DNA of 63,142 nt, the filler included, from Candidatus Zapsychrus exili (lineage in GTDB: Bacteria > Omnitrophota > Gorgyraeia > Zapsychrales > Zapsychraceae): the NCBI GenBank assembly GCA_030765585.1. It is 11 parts of 11 records of this genome, joined end to end, with 100 filler letters (N's around TTAATTAATTAA, not from the genome) between each part and the next. Parts side by side here need not be neighbours in the genome. Positions count along the whole stretch, not along the records: positions 40,499 to 47,275 come from JAVCCJ010000125.1; positions 47,376 to 59,378 come from JAVCCJ010000083.1; 9 more parts are not named here. One strand, given 5' to 3'. How positions within the stretch are numbered: position 1 is the first letter of the stretch; each line of letters opens with the position of its first letter. The position numbers were made by a program, and so were the translations under genes. The notes beneath the pieces were generated by a model. The model was not told the DNA's origin and did no database searches. It worked only from the letters and a program-made list of their open reading frames with translations. Below are positions 42,457 through 52,480 of the stretch, piece after piece.

Positions 42457-44541
42457 TTAGATATTTTCAGCTTCATCTGTTTCGCTTTGTGTTGTATTGT
42501 TAACCTGTTGCCAATCATCAGTAATTGTTTTCCAATCAACATCTCTTTGCACTTCATCCCCTTTGATATTCTTGCCTATCCATACATCCCAATAATCTGG
42601 GTCTTCTGATTGAGGCCTTTTAGATTCAGGCAAATCGTTCATGCGAACCATTACAGGAAGTTCAGATGCCCAGCCCAATAATATCGCGTTTTGAGAAGGC
42701 AATGATGGGAGTTCACGAAGTAATCCCCTAAGGTTATCCGGGACCAGCCGATTAACCAGCTCCTGATCTCGATCATTACTGATTCTATGCAAAAGAAAAC
42801 TATTACATTGTGAAAGTACTGTTGGTGAAAGCTCAGAAGGTCTCTGTGAAGATATAATTAGACCTAAACCAAACTTTCGTCCTTCTCTTGCAATTTTTTC
42901 AAAAACCTGACAACAAATTGCGGCTACATTTTGATTTTCAGCATCTTCTTTATACCGCTTAATAAAAGTATGAGCCTCCTCCATAACCAAAACAGTCGGC
43001 AAAGTTTTACCTTCAATTTTTCGATAACGTTGCAATGATTCAAACGTAACTCGTGCAATAACAGCGATTACAATGTGAATAATCTCTGTAGGAACCAATG
43101 ATAAATCAATAACTGTAACACACCCATTTTCAGCTTTATTTTTACCAATATAATCTTCCAACCATTTATCAAGTGTAATATCTATGTCATTCCCTATAAT
43201 CGTCTTCATGCGAGTATCCGCTAACATAGTACGAATACGTGCTAATAAAAACTCTACATACTGTTCATTCCCGCTTTCTTGTGCAAGAACCTCAAGAAAG
43301 TTAACCAATACTTCACCTGAAAACTTAATTGGCAAGTCTTCGTTCTTAGGGAGAAGCTCTCGTTCAGCACCTCCAAGCAATAAAAAAACATTTCGGATTA
43401 ATTCTATAATCCCATCAATTTCTTCACTTGTGTATTCTTTATAATTTATAAATCCATTTTTCTGAATATCTTTATGACTATTTATATATATATCTAATCC
43501 TGAGGAGAGAGAACTAATATCCTCAGCTATTACTGAATTATAATGTTCTACTGTTTGTTTCCAAATTAAAATTCGCTCAGTAAAATTTCTATTATGTGGA
43601 AATTGTTTATACGGTTCCCCTATATTTTTACTAGCAATAGTTGACTGAAGGATAACACCAAGGAACTTCTTGGCATCAATTGATTTATTTGCTGTAACTT
43701 CAAATTCTTCATTTCGCATTGATCGTAAAGCCTTCTTCAACAAAGGAACTTGTGCTCTTGCACTGGCCTGAGTAAAGGAACACCATTCAGCACTATTCCA
43801 AAACCATAACGGGACTTGTAATGGATTTTCAGGAGCATCAACCTGAAATATCCGTCCTGTATCTTTAAATACTTTTGAATATTCTCCATTAGGGTCGAGT
43901 ATTATAAACCTAGCGTTTGGATTATTTGACACTTTCTTCTTTGCTTCTTCAAGAGACCATTGAATCAAGCCAGCAACAGAGCATGATTTTCCGCTACCAG
44001 TGTTTCCTAACACAGCCAGATGCCTTCCAAACAACCTATCTGGATCAACGCAAACATCCGCATTAGCGGCAAGTGGGCTTGTGCCAATCTTGACTCGCTT
44101 TTTCTTTCCTGATTCAATGATTGCTTTAAGCTGTTCATCTGTGGGAATTAATACAGACTCACCAACACTTGGAAAAGATTGAACACCTCTTTGAAACAAA
44201 AATTGATCATCTTTTCCTTGTTTTAATAACCCTAAAGGATTAACTCTCATTTTTCTTAAAGGGAACGGAAGGTCTATCAATCCATAATCTTGAAAACCTT
44301 TTCGCTTTGGAAATGGAGACCGTTCAACTGCAATCCACTCTATTTGTCCGACAACATGACCATTTTCTGTTGAAATAAGGACATAGCTATTGATCCTAGG
44401 GAATGAGCGCGGAATACCTGCATTTGCAGCTACACCATCTGGCGCCTCAACATCCAAACAAATTTTAATCTCATCTGGAGAAACAAATTCAACCGTACCT
44501 ATTCTTAATAATGCAGATTGTTCTAAAGGAGTTAAACTCAT
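42457..44541 (-). CDS. herA: HerA/FtsK-like ATPase (SIR2-HerA defence)
   Basis: HLAVLGNTGSGKS, EEAH, AREGRKFG, SQRPSEL. Confidence 0.9.
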   Translation of the reverse strand: MSLTPLEQSALLRIGTVEFVSPDEIKICLDVEAPDGVAANAGIPRSFPRINSYVLISTENGHVVGQIEWIAVERSPFPKRKGFQDYGLIDLPFPLRKMRVNPLGLLKQGKDDQFLFQRGVQSFPSVGESVLIPTDEQLKAIIESGKKKRVKIGTSPLAANADVCVDPDRLFGRHLAVLGNTGSGKSCSVAGLIQWSLEEAKKKVSNNPNARFIILDPNGEYSKVFKDTGRIFQVDAPENPLQVPLWFWNSAEWCSFTQASARAQVPLLKKALRSMRNEEFEVTANKSIDAKKFLGVILQSTIASKNIGEPYKQFPHNRNFTERILIWKQTVEHYNSVIAEDISSLSSGLDIYINSHKDIQKNGFINYKEYTSEEIDGIIELIRNVFLLLGGAERELLPKNEDLPIKFSGEVLVNFLEVLAQESGNEQYVEFLLARIRTMLADTRMKTIIGNDIDITLDKWLEDYIGKNKAENGCVTVIDLSLVPTEIIHIVIAVIARVTFESLQRYRKIEGKTLPTVLVMEEAHTFIKRYKEDAENQNVAAICCQVFEKIAREGRKFGLGLIISSQRPSELSPTVLSQCNSFLLHRISNDRDQELVNRLVPDNLRGLLRELPSLPSQNAILLGWASELPVMVRMNDLPESKRPQSEDPDYWDVWIGKNIKGDEVQRDVDWKTITDDWQQVNNTTQSETDEAENI

Positions 44542-45839
44542 TCCTCTCCTCCTTCATTCTTTTTTCCATCAAAAGGATATCCCCTTGACTTAAGCAACTC
44601 AACCATTCGAAAAGTAGTGCGATCAATGGCTGGCTTAGGAAGATAATTATCTACCAAAACCTTAATATCTCCAAAATGGCTACCTATTAAAAGTGATACC
44701 TGAGCTGGTCGTTTTAAATCCTGATAAAATTTCTGAATTCTATCATTCTCGTCACCATAAGAAATAATTACAAGATGAGTTGAAGGTATCGTGATCATGT
44801 CCTTAATAACTCTATTAATATGTTCATCCCCAAACCCATAACCATACAATATTAAAGTAGAATTAGGACGACATACAGATACAGCTAAATCACGAAATAG
44901 TTCAACATAAGGATATTCTGAGGTCTCTCTATCTTTGGAGGAATTAGGATAAATCATTACAGATTGGGCAGAACTACTTTGGCCTTCAGCTTTCGGAAAA
45001 TATGATTCAAGATTTTCAGAACCAAACGGAACAGAAATACGCCTAACGATATCATTTGCATAATACCAATCTAAAGAACCATGTAATTTTGTAAAATATA
45101 CAACCCCCTCTAAATATCTTGGTTCCCCTCGAATACCAGGTGGATTATAGTGCATATCAATATTCAAGCGTGATGAACGGAATATGGGATTGACAGTACC
45201 GACAAAACGGTCTATCAAACGAATTCCAGCTAATTCCGTACCAAATTCAATAATCCGGTCATAATTTGTAGTAAATATATTTAAACGTTCTCTAGTTCCA
45301 GAACGACTAGAAAAACTTATAAGAAAGTTCATTAGGTACGCTGCTGCTTCCGAGTCTGAAGCTGTTACAATATTTTTTTCTGCTTGAAGAATATTAATTA
45401 AAAAACTTAACATCCCGGAATTTAATTCCTGTTTAAATTTGCCAATTTTCTTCTTCAATTTCTTGGAGCCATACTGATTAGATGAAGTATAAATCTCTAA
45501 ACCGCGCGACAAATCGTTTGCAACTCGTATTTGATCTTCAATATTTCCGTCTCCTCGACCTAATTTATTTGCAGCTGCTTTAACAAAACCTTCCATTTGT
45601 TCAGAAAAAGTAGCAAATTGGATTCTACCCATATCTACTCCAGACTCCCCCTTTGCCAAATAATGCACTGCAGAAGAAAGTCCTGAGCCCAATAATAATG
45701 AGAAATGTTCACTCTGAAATAAAGCTGTAAGCCACGGCTCAATTTCTGTGCGCATTTTTTCAGGATCAAGCTCATCAAGTTCTTGAAATTTACGGTCTCC
45801 CTTTACTTTCAGAATATTTTTCTCATGCCATGTGGTCAT
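44538..45839 (-). CDS. SIR2-family NADase (SIR2-HerA defence)
   Basis: LLLGSGLS, FTTNYD, KLHGS, GYGFGDEHIN. Start placed after GAGGAG. Confidence 0.9.
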   Translation of the reverse strand: MTTWHEKNILKVKGDRKFQELDELDPEKMRTEIEPWLTALFQSEHFSLLLGSGLSSAVHYLAKGESGVDMGRIQFATFSEQMEGFVKAAANKLGRGDGNIEDQIRVANDLSRGLEIYTSSNQYGSKKLKKKIGKFKQELNSGMLSFLINILQAEKNIVTASDSEAAAYLMNFLISFSSRSGTRERLNIFTTNYDRIIEFGTELAGIRLIDRFVGTVNPIFRSSRLNIDMHYNPPGIRGEPRYLEGVVYFTKLHGSLDWYYANDIVRRISVPFGSENLESYFPKAEGQSSSAQSVMIYPNSSKDRETSEYPYVELFRDLAVSVCRPNSTLILYGYGFGDEHINRVIKDMITIPSTHLVIISYGDENDRIQKFYQDLKRPAQVSLLIGSHFGDIKVLVDNYLPKPAIDRTTFRMVELLKSRGYPFDGKKNEGGEE

Positions 45840-45850
45840 TTTATAACTCC

Positions 45851-46606
45851 TCACTTATTCATTATATAAATTAAATTTTGCTCTTTTTTTTCAAGTTCTT
45901 TTATTCCAACATTAAACTTTACCTTCTTCGCAAAATTAGCTTCATTCTTTATTTGCCTCCGCAAGGTGATCTTCTGCTCTTCTAACTCTTTTATTTTTTG
46001 ATACGATTGATAAAGTGTTGCTGTAGTGCTTTTGTCTTTATATTCATATGTTTTTTTATACTCACAAACACAAAACAATTTCACTCTATCCACAAAATCC
46101 TGATAAAATTCATAAAAATTAATAAAAGATAAGTTCTTTATTTTAATACTATCCAAGAATTCCTTCTCTGCATTACCTTGACCGCCAATCCAGATAGAAT
46201 TATAGATTTCATCAACTACGCTTTTTGAAGTATCAACTTTATTAATTCGTTTGTATGCGACATTAAAAGCAATTTTTTCTGTATATTCAATCACAAGAAT
46301 AACCGGATACTGAATGGCCTTCTGGATGATCTCCGCAATATTATACGCGTATTTATCATCTCTTAAAATAACGCCTATTACCTGTACTTCATGGTAATCA
46401 ATATCGTCATTCTTATATCCTGGGATATTAATATTTTCTTGCTTTAAGGCGTAATACCATCTGACTTCATTTACATCTCTCTTAAAAAGTTCTACTTGTT
46501 GTTTCGTAAGCCCGGCATTTGCATAGAAGGCTTTCTTGAATACTTTCTTATCTGCTAACGCTTTTTCAGGAAAACTTAATAGCTTAATTACATCATAAGC
46601 TGTCAT
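45851..46606 (-). CDS. DUF4391-family protein
   Basis: KVFKKAF, NINIP, IQKAIQYP, AYKRIN, coiled-coil C-terminus; located between the helicase and mod. Confidence 0.78.
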   Translation of the reverse strand: MTAYDVIKLLSFPEKALADKKVFKKAFYANAGLTKQQVELFKRDVNEVRWYYALKQENINIPGYKNDDIDYHEVQVIGVILRDDKYAYNIAEIIQKAIQYPVILVIEYTEKIAFNVAYKRINKVDTSKSVVDEIYNSIWIGGQGNAEKEFLDSIKIKNLSFINFYEFYQDFVDRVKLFCVCEYKKTYEYKDKSTTATLYQSYQKIKELEEQKITLRRQIKNEANFAKKVKFNVGIKELEKKEQNLIYIMNK

Positions 46607-46609
46607 AGT

Positions 46610-47275
46610 TTATTTAACCACTAAAAATGATACTAATTCAAAATCGTCTTTTCCAAAATAGTCGTTGTTTAATATTGTTGTCCCGCCTTTTGAGAAAAGG
46701 CTTTCTATTCCTTTTTCCTCTTTCTTACCAACGATATTTTTGATAGCGTTTTCAAGAAGCGCTGAATAGGCCTGCATATCTTTACCTTCATTGGTTTCTT
46801 TATTAAATGCTGCAGCCAATTCTTCTAAAACTTCCGCTTGCCCCAGACATAGTTTTTTATACATATCCAATATCTTCTTGGTTGCTATAAAATTAAATGC
46901 AATTTCGCCGTCACCTTTTACATACACCAAATAGTAAGGATAAAAAGCATTATGCTCATCAGGAACAGTACCTCTGCTTATATGCCGTAGGCAATAAATG
47001 ACACCTTTTGACTCTTCACAACATTGTGTTGTTGTCAGCGCGTACATCCCGCAAGCTGCTTTTTCAAGAGCAGCTCTATTTGTTTTCAGATATTCCATGA
47101 GATCCATACGAAAATCATTAAAACTAAGATCGGTAATGGAAATTCCCCCTGTCATTTCTTCCAAGTCAACGACTTCTTTTTGTAACTGTTTTAATTGATT
47201 GCGCCGGTATTCAAGATCATTCATTCTTAGCTTTCCGGTATCAATAATGTTCTCATCGCCGGTTGCTGACACATC
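46610..47275 (-). CDS. SNF2-type helicase C-terminus (Type III RM associated), 5'-truncated
   Basis: VVDLEEM.GGISITDL..NDFRMDL, PYYLVYV, DDFELVSFLVV. Confidence 0.78.
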   Translation of the reverse strand, partial: DVSATGDENIIDTGKLRMNDLEYRRNQLKQLQKEVVDLEEMTGGISITDLSFNDFRMDLMEYLKTNRAALEKAACGMYALTTTQCCEESKGVIYCLRHISRGTVPDEHNAFYPYYLVYVKGDGEIAFNFIATKKILDMYKKLCLGQAEVLEELAAAFNKETNEGKDMQAYSALLENAIKNIVGKKEEKGIESLFSKGGTTILNNDYFGKDDFELVSFLVVK

Positions 47276-47375
47276 NNNNNNNNNNNNNNNNNNNNNNNNN
47301 NNNNNNNNNNNNNNNNNNNTTAATTAATTAANNNNNNNNNNNNNNNNNNNNNNNNNNNNNNNNNNNNNNNNNNNN
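47276..47375. other. Artificial contig spacer
   Basis: N-linker-N. Confidence 0.99.
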
Positions 47376-47485
47376 TCATCCCCCTTCTGAGCCATAACAT
47401 CAACACTTTCAACCTCAGAATGCACAGTATACCCCTGTGCTTGTAAGAATTTCTTAAGGGGCTTATACATCTCCACTTCTTTCAT
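47376..47485 (-). CDS. DUF2161-like putative PD-(D/E)XK nuclease, N-terminal fragment
   Basis: MKEVEMYKPLKKFLQAQGYTVHSEVESVDV. Confidence 0.65.
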
Positions 47486-47495
47486 AACTAATCCA

Positions 47496-47750
47496 AGCAA
47501 TATGCTTTTAGCATATTGCGATAAGGTGTTGCTCATCTAGAAATTGCTATGCTTCTGAGCAATTTCGTCTTCAAAGCAACACCGCATATTATTAATTTTA
47601 TATTTATTGCGATAAGGTAGGCGATATGCTTTTAGCATATCGCTTAAATCACCGCCACATTAAATCAACAACTATTAAAATTCTGCCTTTTATCCGCGGT
47701 GTTTCCTTGAAACTGGAAACACCTTACAGCGATAAGCTTCGCTTATTGCT
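47496..47750. repeat. Multi-hairpin quasi-palindromic element, copy A
   Basis: Hairpin 47497-47519, 62-bp core 47524-47585, hairpin 47621-47643, and an inverted variant half 47696-47750. Confidence 0.85.
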
Positions 47751-47819
47751 TGCATATCGCTTGCATTACCTTGCGTGAACGAGTTTTGCAACTGGCTATC
47801 AATAAATCATAAAAATCTA

Positions 47820-48899
47820 TCAGCGAAACCAACGCTGAGTCTTTAAGCACACTTTCACCAGCATAAGCATTACAGGAACCTCAATCAGCACTCCCACAAC
47901 CGTTGCCAACGAAGCACCCGAAGACAACCCAAAAAGCATTGCTGATGTAGCAATCGCAACCTCAAAATGATTACTTGCCCCAATCAACGCTGAAGGCGCA
48001 GCATCCCTGTAAGGTAATTTAAACCACCTTGCCAAACCATATGCAATCCCAAAAATCAAACACGTCTGAATAAAAAGCGGAATAGCGATCAGAAGAATTA
48101 TCTGCGGCTGATTCATAATAAGTTCGCCTTTAAAAGAAAATAACAATACCAGTGTAACAAGCAACGCTCCAATCGACACAGGAGTAAGACGATGAATAAA
48201 TCTTTCTTCAAACCACTTAATCCCCTTTTTTGCAATGATCAACTTCCTCGAATAATATCCCAGTAACAACGGCATCCCGACATAAGCTACGACTGACAAA
48301 ATAATTGTCTGCCATGGAATCGGCATTTTATTAACACCTAATAGCCATCCACCTAATGGCGCGTATAAAAACAACATCGTAAGAGAATTTATAGCGACCA
48401 TCACAAGCGTATGGCCATCATTGGCTTTAGAAAGATGCCCCCAAACAAGAACCATCGCCGTACAAGGAGCAATGCCTAACAAGATACAACCAGCAATATA
48501 AGACCGATAAAGTTCAACCTGCGCCCCGCCCTTAATGATCTCAACCCCTGGCAGCCAACCTTTAAATAAAACGCCAAGAAATAATGTTGATATGGCAAGC
48601 ATCGTAAAGGGCTTAATGCACCAATTGACAATCAAAGTAAGCATTACAGGCTTGGGACTCTTTCCTGCTTTAATAACTTCCGCAAAATCAATCTTAACCA
48701 TAATGGGATACATCATAAAAAAGAGACATATGGCAATCGGAATAGAAACCTGATAGACCGAAAAACTGTCTAAGGTAACCGCAACATTAGGAAAAAATTT
48801 TCCCAATAAAACTCCGCCACCGATACAGCCAATAACCCATAGCGTCAAATACTTCTCAAAAAACCCTAAATTTCCTTTTTCATGAATTGCTTTCTCCAC
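47820..48899 (-). CDS. acr3: ACR3-family arsenite efflux transporter
   Basis: [40 protein letters not shown]. Confidence 0.95.
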   Translation of the reverse strand: MEKAIHEKGNLGFFEKYLTLWVIGCIGGGVLLGKFFPNVAVTLDSFSVYQVSIPIAICLFFMMYPIMVKIDFAEVIKAGKSPKPVMLTLIVNWCIKPFTMLAISTLFLGVLFKGWLPGVEIIKGGAQVELYRSYIAGCILLGIAPCTAMVLVWGHLSKANDGHTLVMVAINSLTMLFLYAPLGGWLLGVNKMPIPWQTIILSVVAYVGMPLLLGYYSRKLIIAKKGIKWFEERFIHRLTPVSIGALLVTLVLLFSFKGELIMNQPQIILLIAIPLFIQTCLIFGIAYGLARWFKLPYRDAAPSALIGASNHFEVAIATSAMLFGLSSGASLATVVGVLIEVPVMLMLVKVCLKTQRWFR

Positions 48900-48918
48900 C
48901 TATGAACTCCCTCCTCCG

Positions 48919-49602
48919 CTAAAACAAGCCAATAGCTAAATATTTCCATATAAAATAAAAACCCACAAAAATAAATACAATACCCGTAATTCTTTTTGTC
49001 ACAAATTCAACTCTAGCTGTATTTTGAAACCATTTAGAGAACAATTTTACTCCAAAAACAATGCCCAGCGCAAAGACGACAACTGGAATCCCTGTTCCAA
49101 TACCATACATAAATGGATATATGATTCCGATCCTACTACTCAAAGCCAGAGGAATTAAACTTCCAAAAAATAATGCCGCAGCAATAGGGCAAAATGATAG
49201 AGCAAAAAGAACCCCCAAGAAAAATGCTCCAACAATACCCGATTCCGCTAACTTATTTTGTTTTTCCTGGAAAAAAGATACTGATGGAATGTTGAATTTA
49301 AAAACATCCAGAAGAAATAATCCGACAATGATCAGGACAGGACCGACAATCTTGTTCATATATAATTGCAGAAAATTCGCAATAGGCGGAACACTGGCAA
49401 ACGAAATGATTATTATAGATCCAATAACAGCGTAAGTTACCATTCTTCCTGCAGCATAAGCCATACTTGCAAAGAAAACAGCTTTAGGATGATTCACCTT
49501 CTTTGAAAGAAAAGAAACAGCTGCTATATTAGTAGTCAATGGACATGGACTAATAGAAGTGAGCACGCCAAACCACAAAGCAGACAAAAGCTCTATCATC
49601 AT
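48919..49602 (-). CDS. arsG: ArsG-like (DsbD/CcdA-type) membrane protein
   Basis: LTSISPCPLTTNIAA, FALSFCP. Confidence 0.75.
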   Translation of the reverse strand: MMIELLSALWFGVLTSISPCPLTTNIAAVSFLSKKVNHPKAVFFASMAYAAGRMVTYAVIGSIIIISFASVPPIANFLQLYMNKIVGPVLIIVGLFLLDVFKFNIPSVSFFQEKQNKLAESGIVGAFFLGVLFALSFCPIAAALFFGSLIPLALSSRIGIIYPFMYGIGTGIPVVVFALGIVFGVKLFSKWFQNTARVEFVTKRITGIVFIFVGFYFIWKYLAIGLF

Positions 49603-50021
49603 ATTTCCTCACCTTTTTTTATAAACTTTTCTGTCTCTTCTTTTATATATTCATAAAACTTCTCTTTGTTGTGTAAATACTGCCAGACCTGTTCTAGATT
49701 TTTGTAGGCAACCTCTTTCCCGTTCTTCACTTTAAAAAGAACAACAGATTTTGTGTAAAGCTTATAATCTTTCGTATAATGTCCATTCCCCTCTTCTTCC
49801 ACATTAATTACCTGATAATCAATGCTTTGGGATGCCATTTTATCAAAAAAGTATTTCTCTAAAGCCTCTTTGGTATATTTTTCTATATTCCGACATGAAA
49901 CACAGCGGGCATTACCATGAAAATAGTACACAACAGTCCTATCCATGGATTCTTGTTGACCGAAAACATTAAAAGATAAACCACCTAATAAAAATAAAAT
50001 CACAAATAATATTTTTTTCAT
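49599..50021 (-). CDS. arsF: ArsF-like periplasmic thioredoxin-fold protein
   Basis: Signal peptide and VYYFHGNARCVSC..IE. Confidence 0.72.
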   Translation of the reverse strand: MKKILFVILFLLGGLSFNVFGQQESMDRTVVYYFHGNARCVSCRNIEKYTKEALEKYFFDKMASQSIDYQVINVEEEGNGHYTKDYKLYTKSVVLFKVKNGKEVAYKNLEQVWQYLHNKEKFYEYIKEETEKFIKKGEEI

Positions 50022-50040
50022 CGCCTACTCCTTTGGGAAC

Positions 50041-50069
50041 ATTCTATCCCAAATAAAAAGCCGTTGCAA
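50041..50069 (-). promoter_or_regulatory. Sigma70-type promoter for arsF
   Basis: TTGCAA-17 nt-TAGAAT; 25/29 identical to 58190-58218. Confidence 0.65.
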
Positions 50070-50072
50070 GCA

Positions 50073-50136
50073 GTTGATAAATAATAAGTTGTTTATCAAC
50101 ACGAGGTGTTGCTCATCTAGAAATTGCTATGCTTCT
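50073..50136. repeat. Multi-hairpin element, truncated copy B
   Basis: Hairpin 50073-50100, then 33 bp identical to 47524-47556. Confidence 0.85.
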
Positions 50137-50228
50137 TTCTTTTTTATATATTTAAACGAAAATTCATTATTCCATATTCCATCTATTTCTTTACTAATAT
50201 TAACTTTTAACCTATAATCATAAACAAA

Positions 50229-52433
50229 ATGAAATTAAAACAAATACAAACCCTTAATAACCTTTTCCAAAACTCCCGTAAAAAATTAACTACACTATTT
50301 AAACAATTTTCACCAGAAGTAATTGCGTTTAGTGTGCTTGCCTTATTAAGCATAATATTCTTACTTAATTTTGTCAAAATTACTCCCACAGTAGATAACA
50401 ATATCTTCTTCTCAAGCAATGATCCGCAGTTTCAAAGCGAGCATCTAATAGACAAGCTATTTGTTAGACAAGATTCTCAATTAATCATATCTGCAACTGG
50501 GGATATAAAAGATGAGAGATATAAAGAAAATATATCTAGACTAAGCAATGCTCTTCTTTCGCTTAAGGACGTATCTTCTGTCAATAGTTTAACTAATTCT
50601 GGACCAAATTCCTTAAAAGATGCAATAAACAGTCCACTATGGAAACGTCTTATCATTTCAAATGACAAAAAATCAACAAATTTTGTCGTCCTTTTAAAAG
50701 ATAAAAGCTTCTCGGAAGTTATCCCTAAAATAGAGAAGCTTATGTCTAAATTTGAATCAAAAGACTTTCACTTACGCGCGGCAGGGCTTCCCTATGTTAT
50801 AGAACTAATAAAACGAAATCTGCTAAGAGACTTAAAAATTTTTAGCCTTCTTGCTTGTTTAATATTTGGATCCTTAATTTTCTTTATATTTCACTCTAAA
50901 GGCGTTTTAATAGGCACCATGATATCTTGCTTAAGTGCATGCGTATGGACATTAATGATTACTAGCCTAATGAATGTTCCAATGGGAATACTGACAGCTA
51001 ATCTTGGGACCATAATTTTTGTCATGACCTTGTCTCATGTTATATTTTTAACATTTAATTGGAAATCTTGCATATTAGACCCGTCTATAACAGATCCTGT
51101 TAAAGGCGCGATAAATAAAACTTTTGCAGGATCTTTCTGGAGCATGTTAACAACTTTACTAGGATTCATAAGTCTCTCTTCTGTTGCAGCAAAACCTTTA
51201 AGAGATTTGGGAACTTCTGGAGCCGTAGGAACAGTGGTTGCTATTATAGTTGCATATGCTGTTTTTCCATCATTCTTAAAGCTTGCAACCTTTCGCCTAA
51301 ATCAGAAAAAAGGGGAAATAGAAAAATATCAGGCAAGGACATATAAATTCATCGACCTTGAAAAACAATTTATCATGTTAATCATATTTGTAACCTGTTT
51401 GATAACTTTGCCTGGACTTACAATGATTGATTCTGACCCAAGCCTACTTTCATATTTCTCAGAATCAAGTGAAATCTATAAAGGCTTTAGCTATATTGAT
51501 AAAAATGGTGGTAGCAGCCCTTTGATTTTAGTTGTAGAGCCTAGAAATGGAGATAAAATTCATTCTGATAGATCTTACAACAAACTATGGAAACTACAAG
51601 AATCGCTTGAACAGCACAGATCTGTTGGATCTGTCATTTCCCTACCGGTTCTTATAGCTCAAGCTCATAGAACAGCTCCTTTTGGATGGATACTACCCAG
51701 GCACTTACTGCTAAGTGCGATGGAAACGCCATCTAATGATAATATTGCAAAAAGTTTTATCACAAAAGATAGGAAATCTGGGCTTTTTATGCTTCGCATG
51801 ATTGAATCTTATAGAACTTGTCCGCGACTAGATATTGTAAAGGAAATAGAAGCAATTGTTGAAAGTGAAGGATTTAATTTAAAAATAACTGGTGGTATAT
51901 ATAGCCTACAAGGACATCTTGCAAAAATTGTATTCTCAAGTTTAATATTAGGACTTGGAAAATTAATACTACTATTCTCAATAATAGCTTTTGCTATTTC
52001 ACGATCGATAAAGGTTACTATCGCAATTGCTGCAAGCATATTTATTATCCCGCTAACCATATTAGGATGTTTTGGAATTTACAGAATATCGCTAGATATT
52101 ATCTCTGCGCCTGCATCTAATGTTGCTATTGCAATGGGTATAGACTCTATGATACATATGATTCTTGCGTTTAAGAGGATTGGGGATTGGCAAAAAGTTC
52201 GAGATGAGTTGTGGAGGCCAATACTAACTTCTGTAACTGTTGTTGGAATAGGATTCTCTATTTTCTTATTTTCCAACTTCCCTCCTACGCAACGTTTTGG
52301 TGGGGCTATTTTATTTGGAACAATACTGGCAGGGCTATCTTCTCTCTACATTCTCCCTCTGTTCCATCAATGTCTTCAAACTAAAAATTTAGATAAAGTA
52401 AAAACCTTCTTTCTAAACAAACTAAAAAGCTAA
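50229..52433 (+). CDS. MMPL/RND-family membrane transporter
   Basis: Two repeated TM bundles with periplasmic domains; SMLTTLLGF, AMGIDSMIH. Confidence 0.82.
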   Translation: MKLKQIQTLNNLFQNSRKKLTTLFKQFSPEVIAFSVLALLSIIFLLNFVKITPTVDNNIFFSSNDPQFQSEHLIDKLFVRQDSQLIISATGDIKDERYKENISRLSNALLSLKDVSSVNSLTNSGPNSLKDAINSPLWKRLIISNDKKSTNFVVLLKDKSFSEVIPKIEKLMSKFESKDFHLRAAGLPYVIELIKRNLLRDLKIFSLLACLIFGSLIFFIFHSKGVLIGTMISCLSACVWTLMITSLMNVPMGILTANLGTIIFVMTLSHVIFLTFNWKSCILDPSITDPVKGAINKTFAGSFWSMLTTLLGFISLSSVAAKPLRDLGTSGAVGTVVAIIVAYAVFPSFLKLATFRLNQKKGEIEKYQARTYKFIDLEKQFIMLIIFVTCLITLPGLTMIDSDPSLLSYFSESSEIYKGFSYIDKNGGSSPLILVVEPRNGDKIHSDRSYNKLWKLQESLEQHRSVGSVISLPVLIAQAHRTAPFGWILPRHLLLSAMETPSNDNIAKSFITKDRKSGLFMLRMIESYRTCPRLDIVKEIEAIVESEGFNLKITGGIYSLQGHLAKIVFSSLILGLGKLILLFSIIAFAISRSIKVTIAIAASIFIIPLTILGCFGIYRISLDIISAPASNVAIAMGIDSMIHMILAFKRIGDWQKVRDELWRPILTSVTVVGIGFSIFLFSNFPPTQRFGGAILFGTILAGLSSLYILPLFHQCLQTKNLDKVKTFFLNKLKS

Positions 52434-52480
52434 GCTAAAGAGAGCGACAAAAGTGCAGCTTCTCATTGCTTGAGTCTAAT

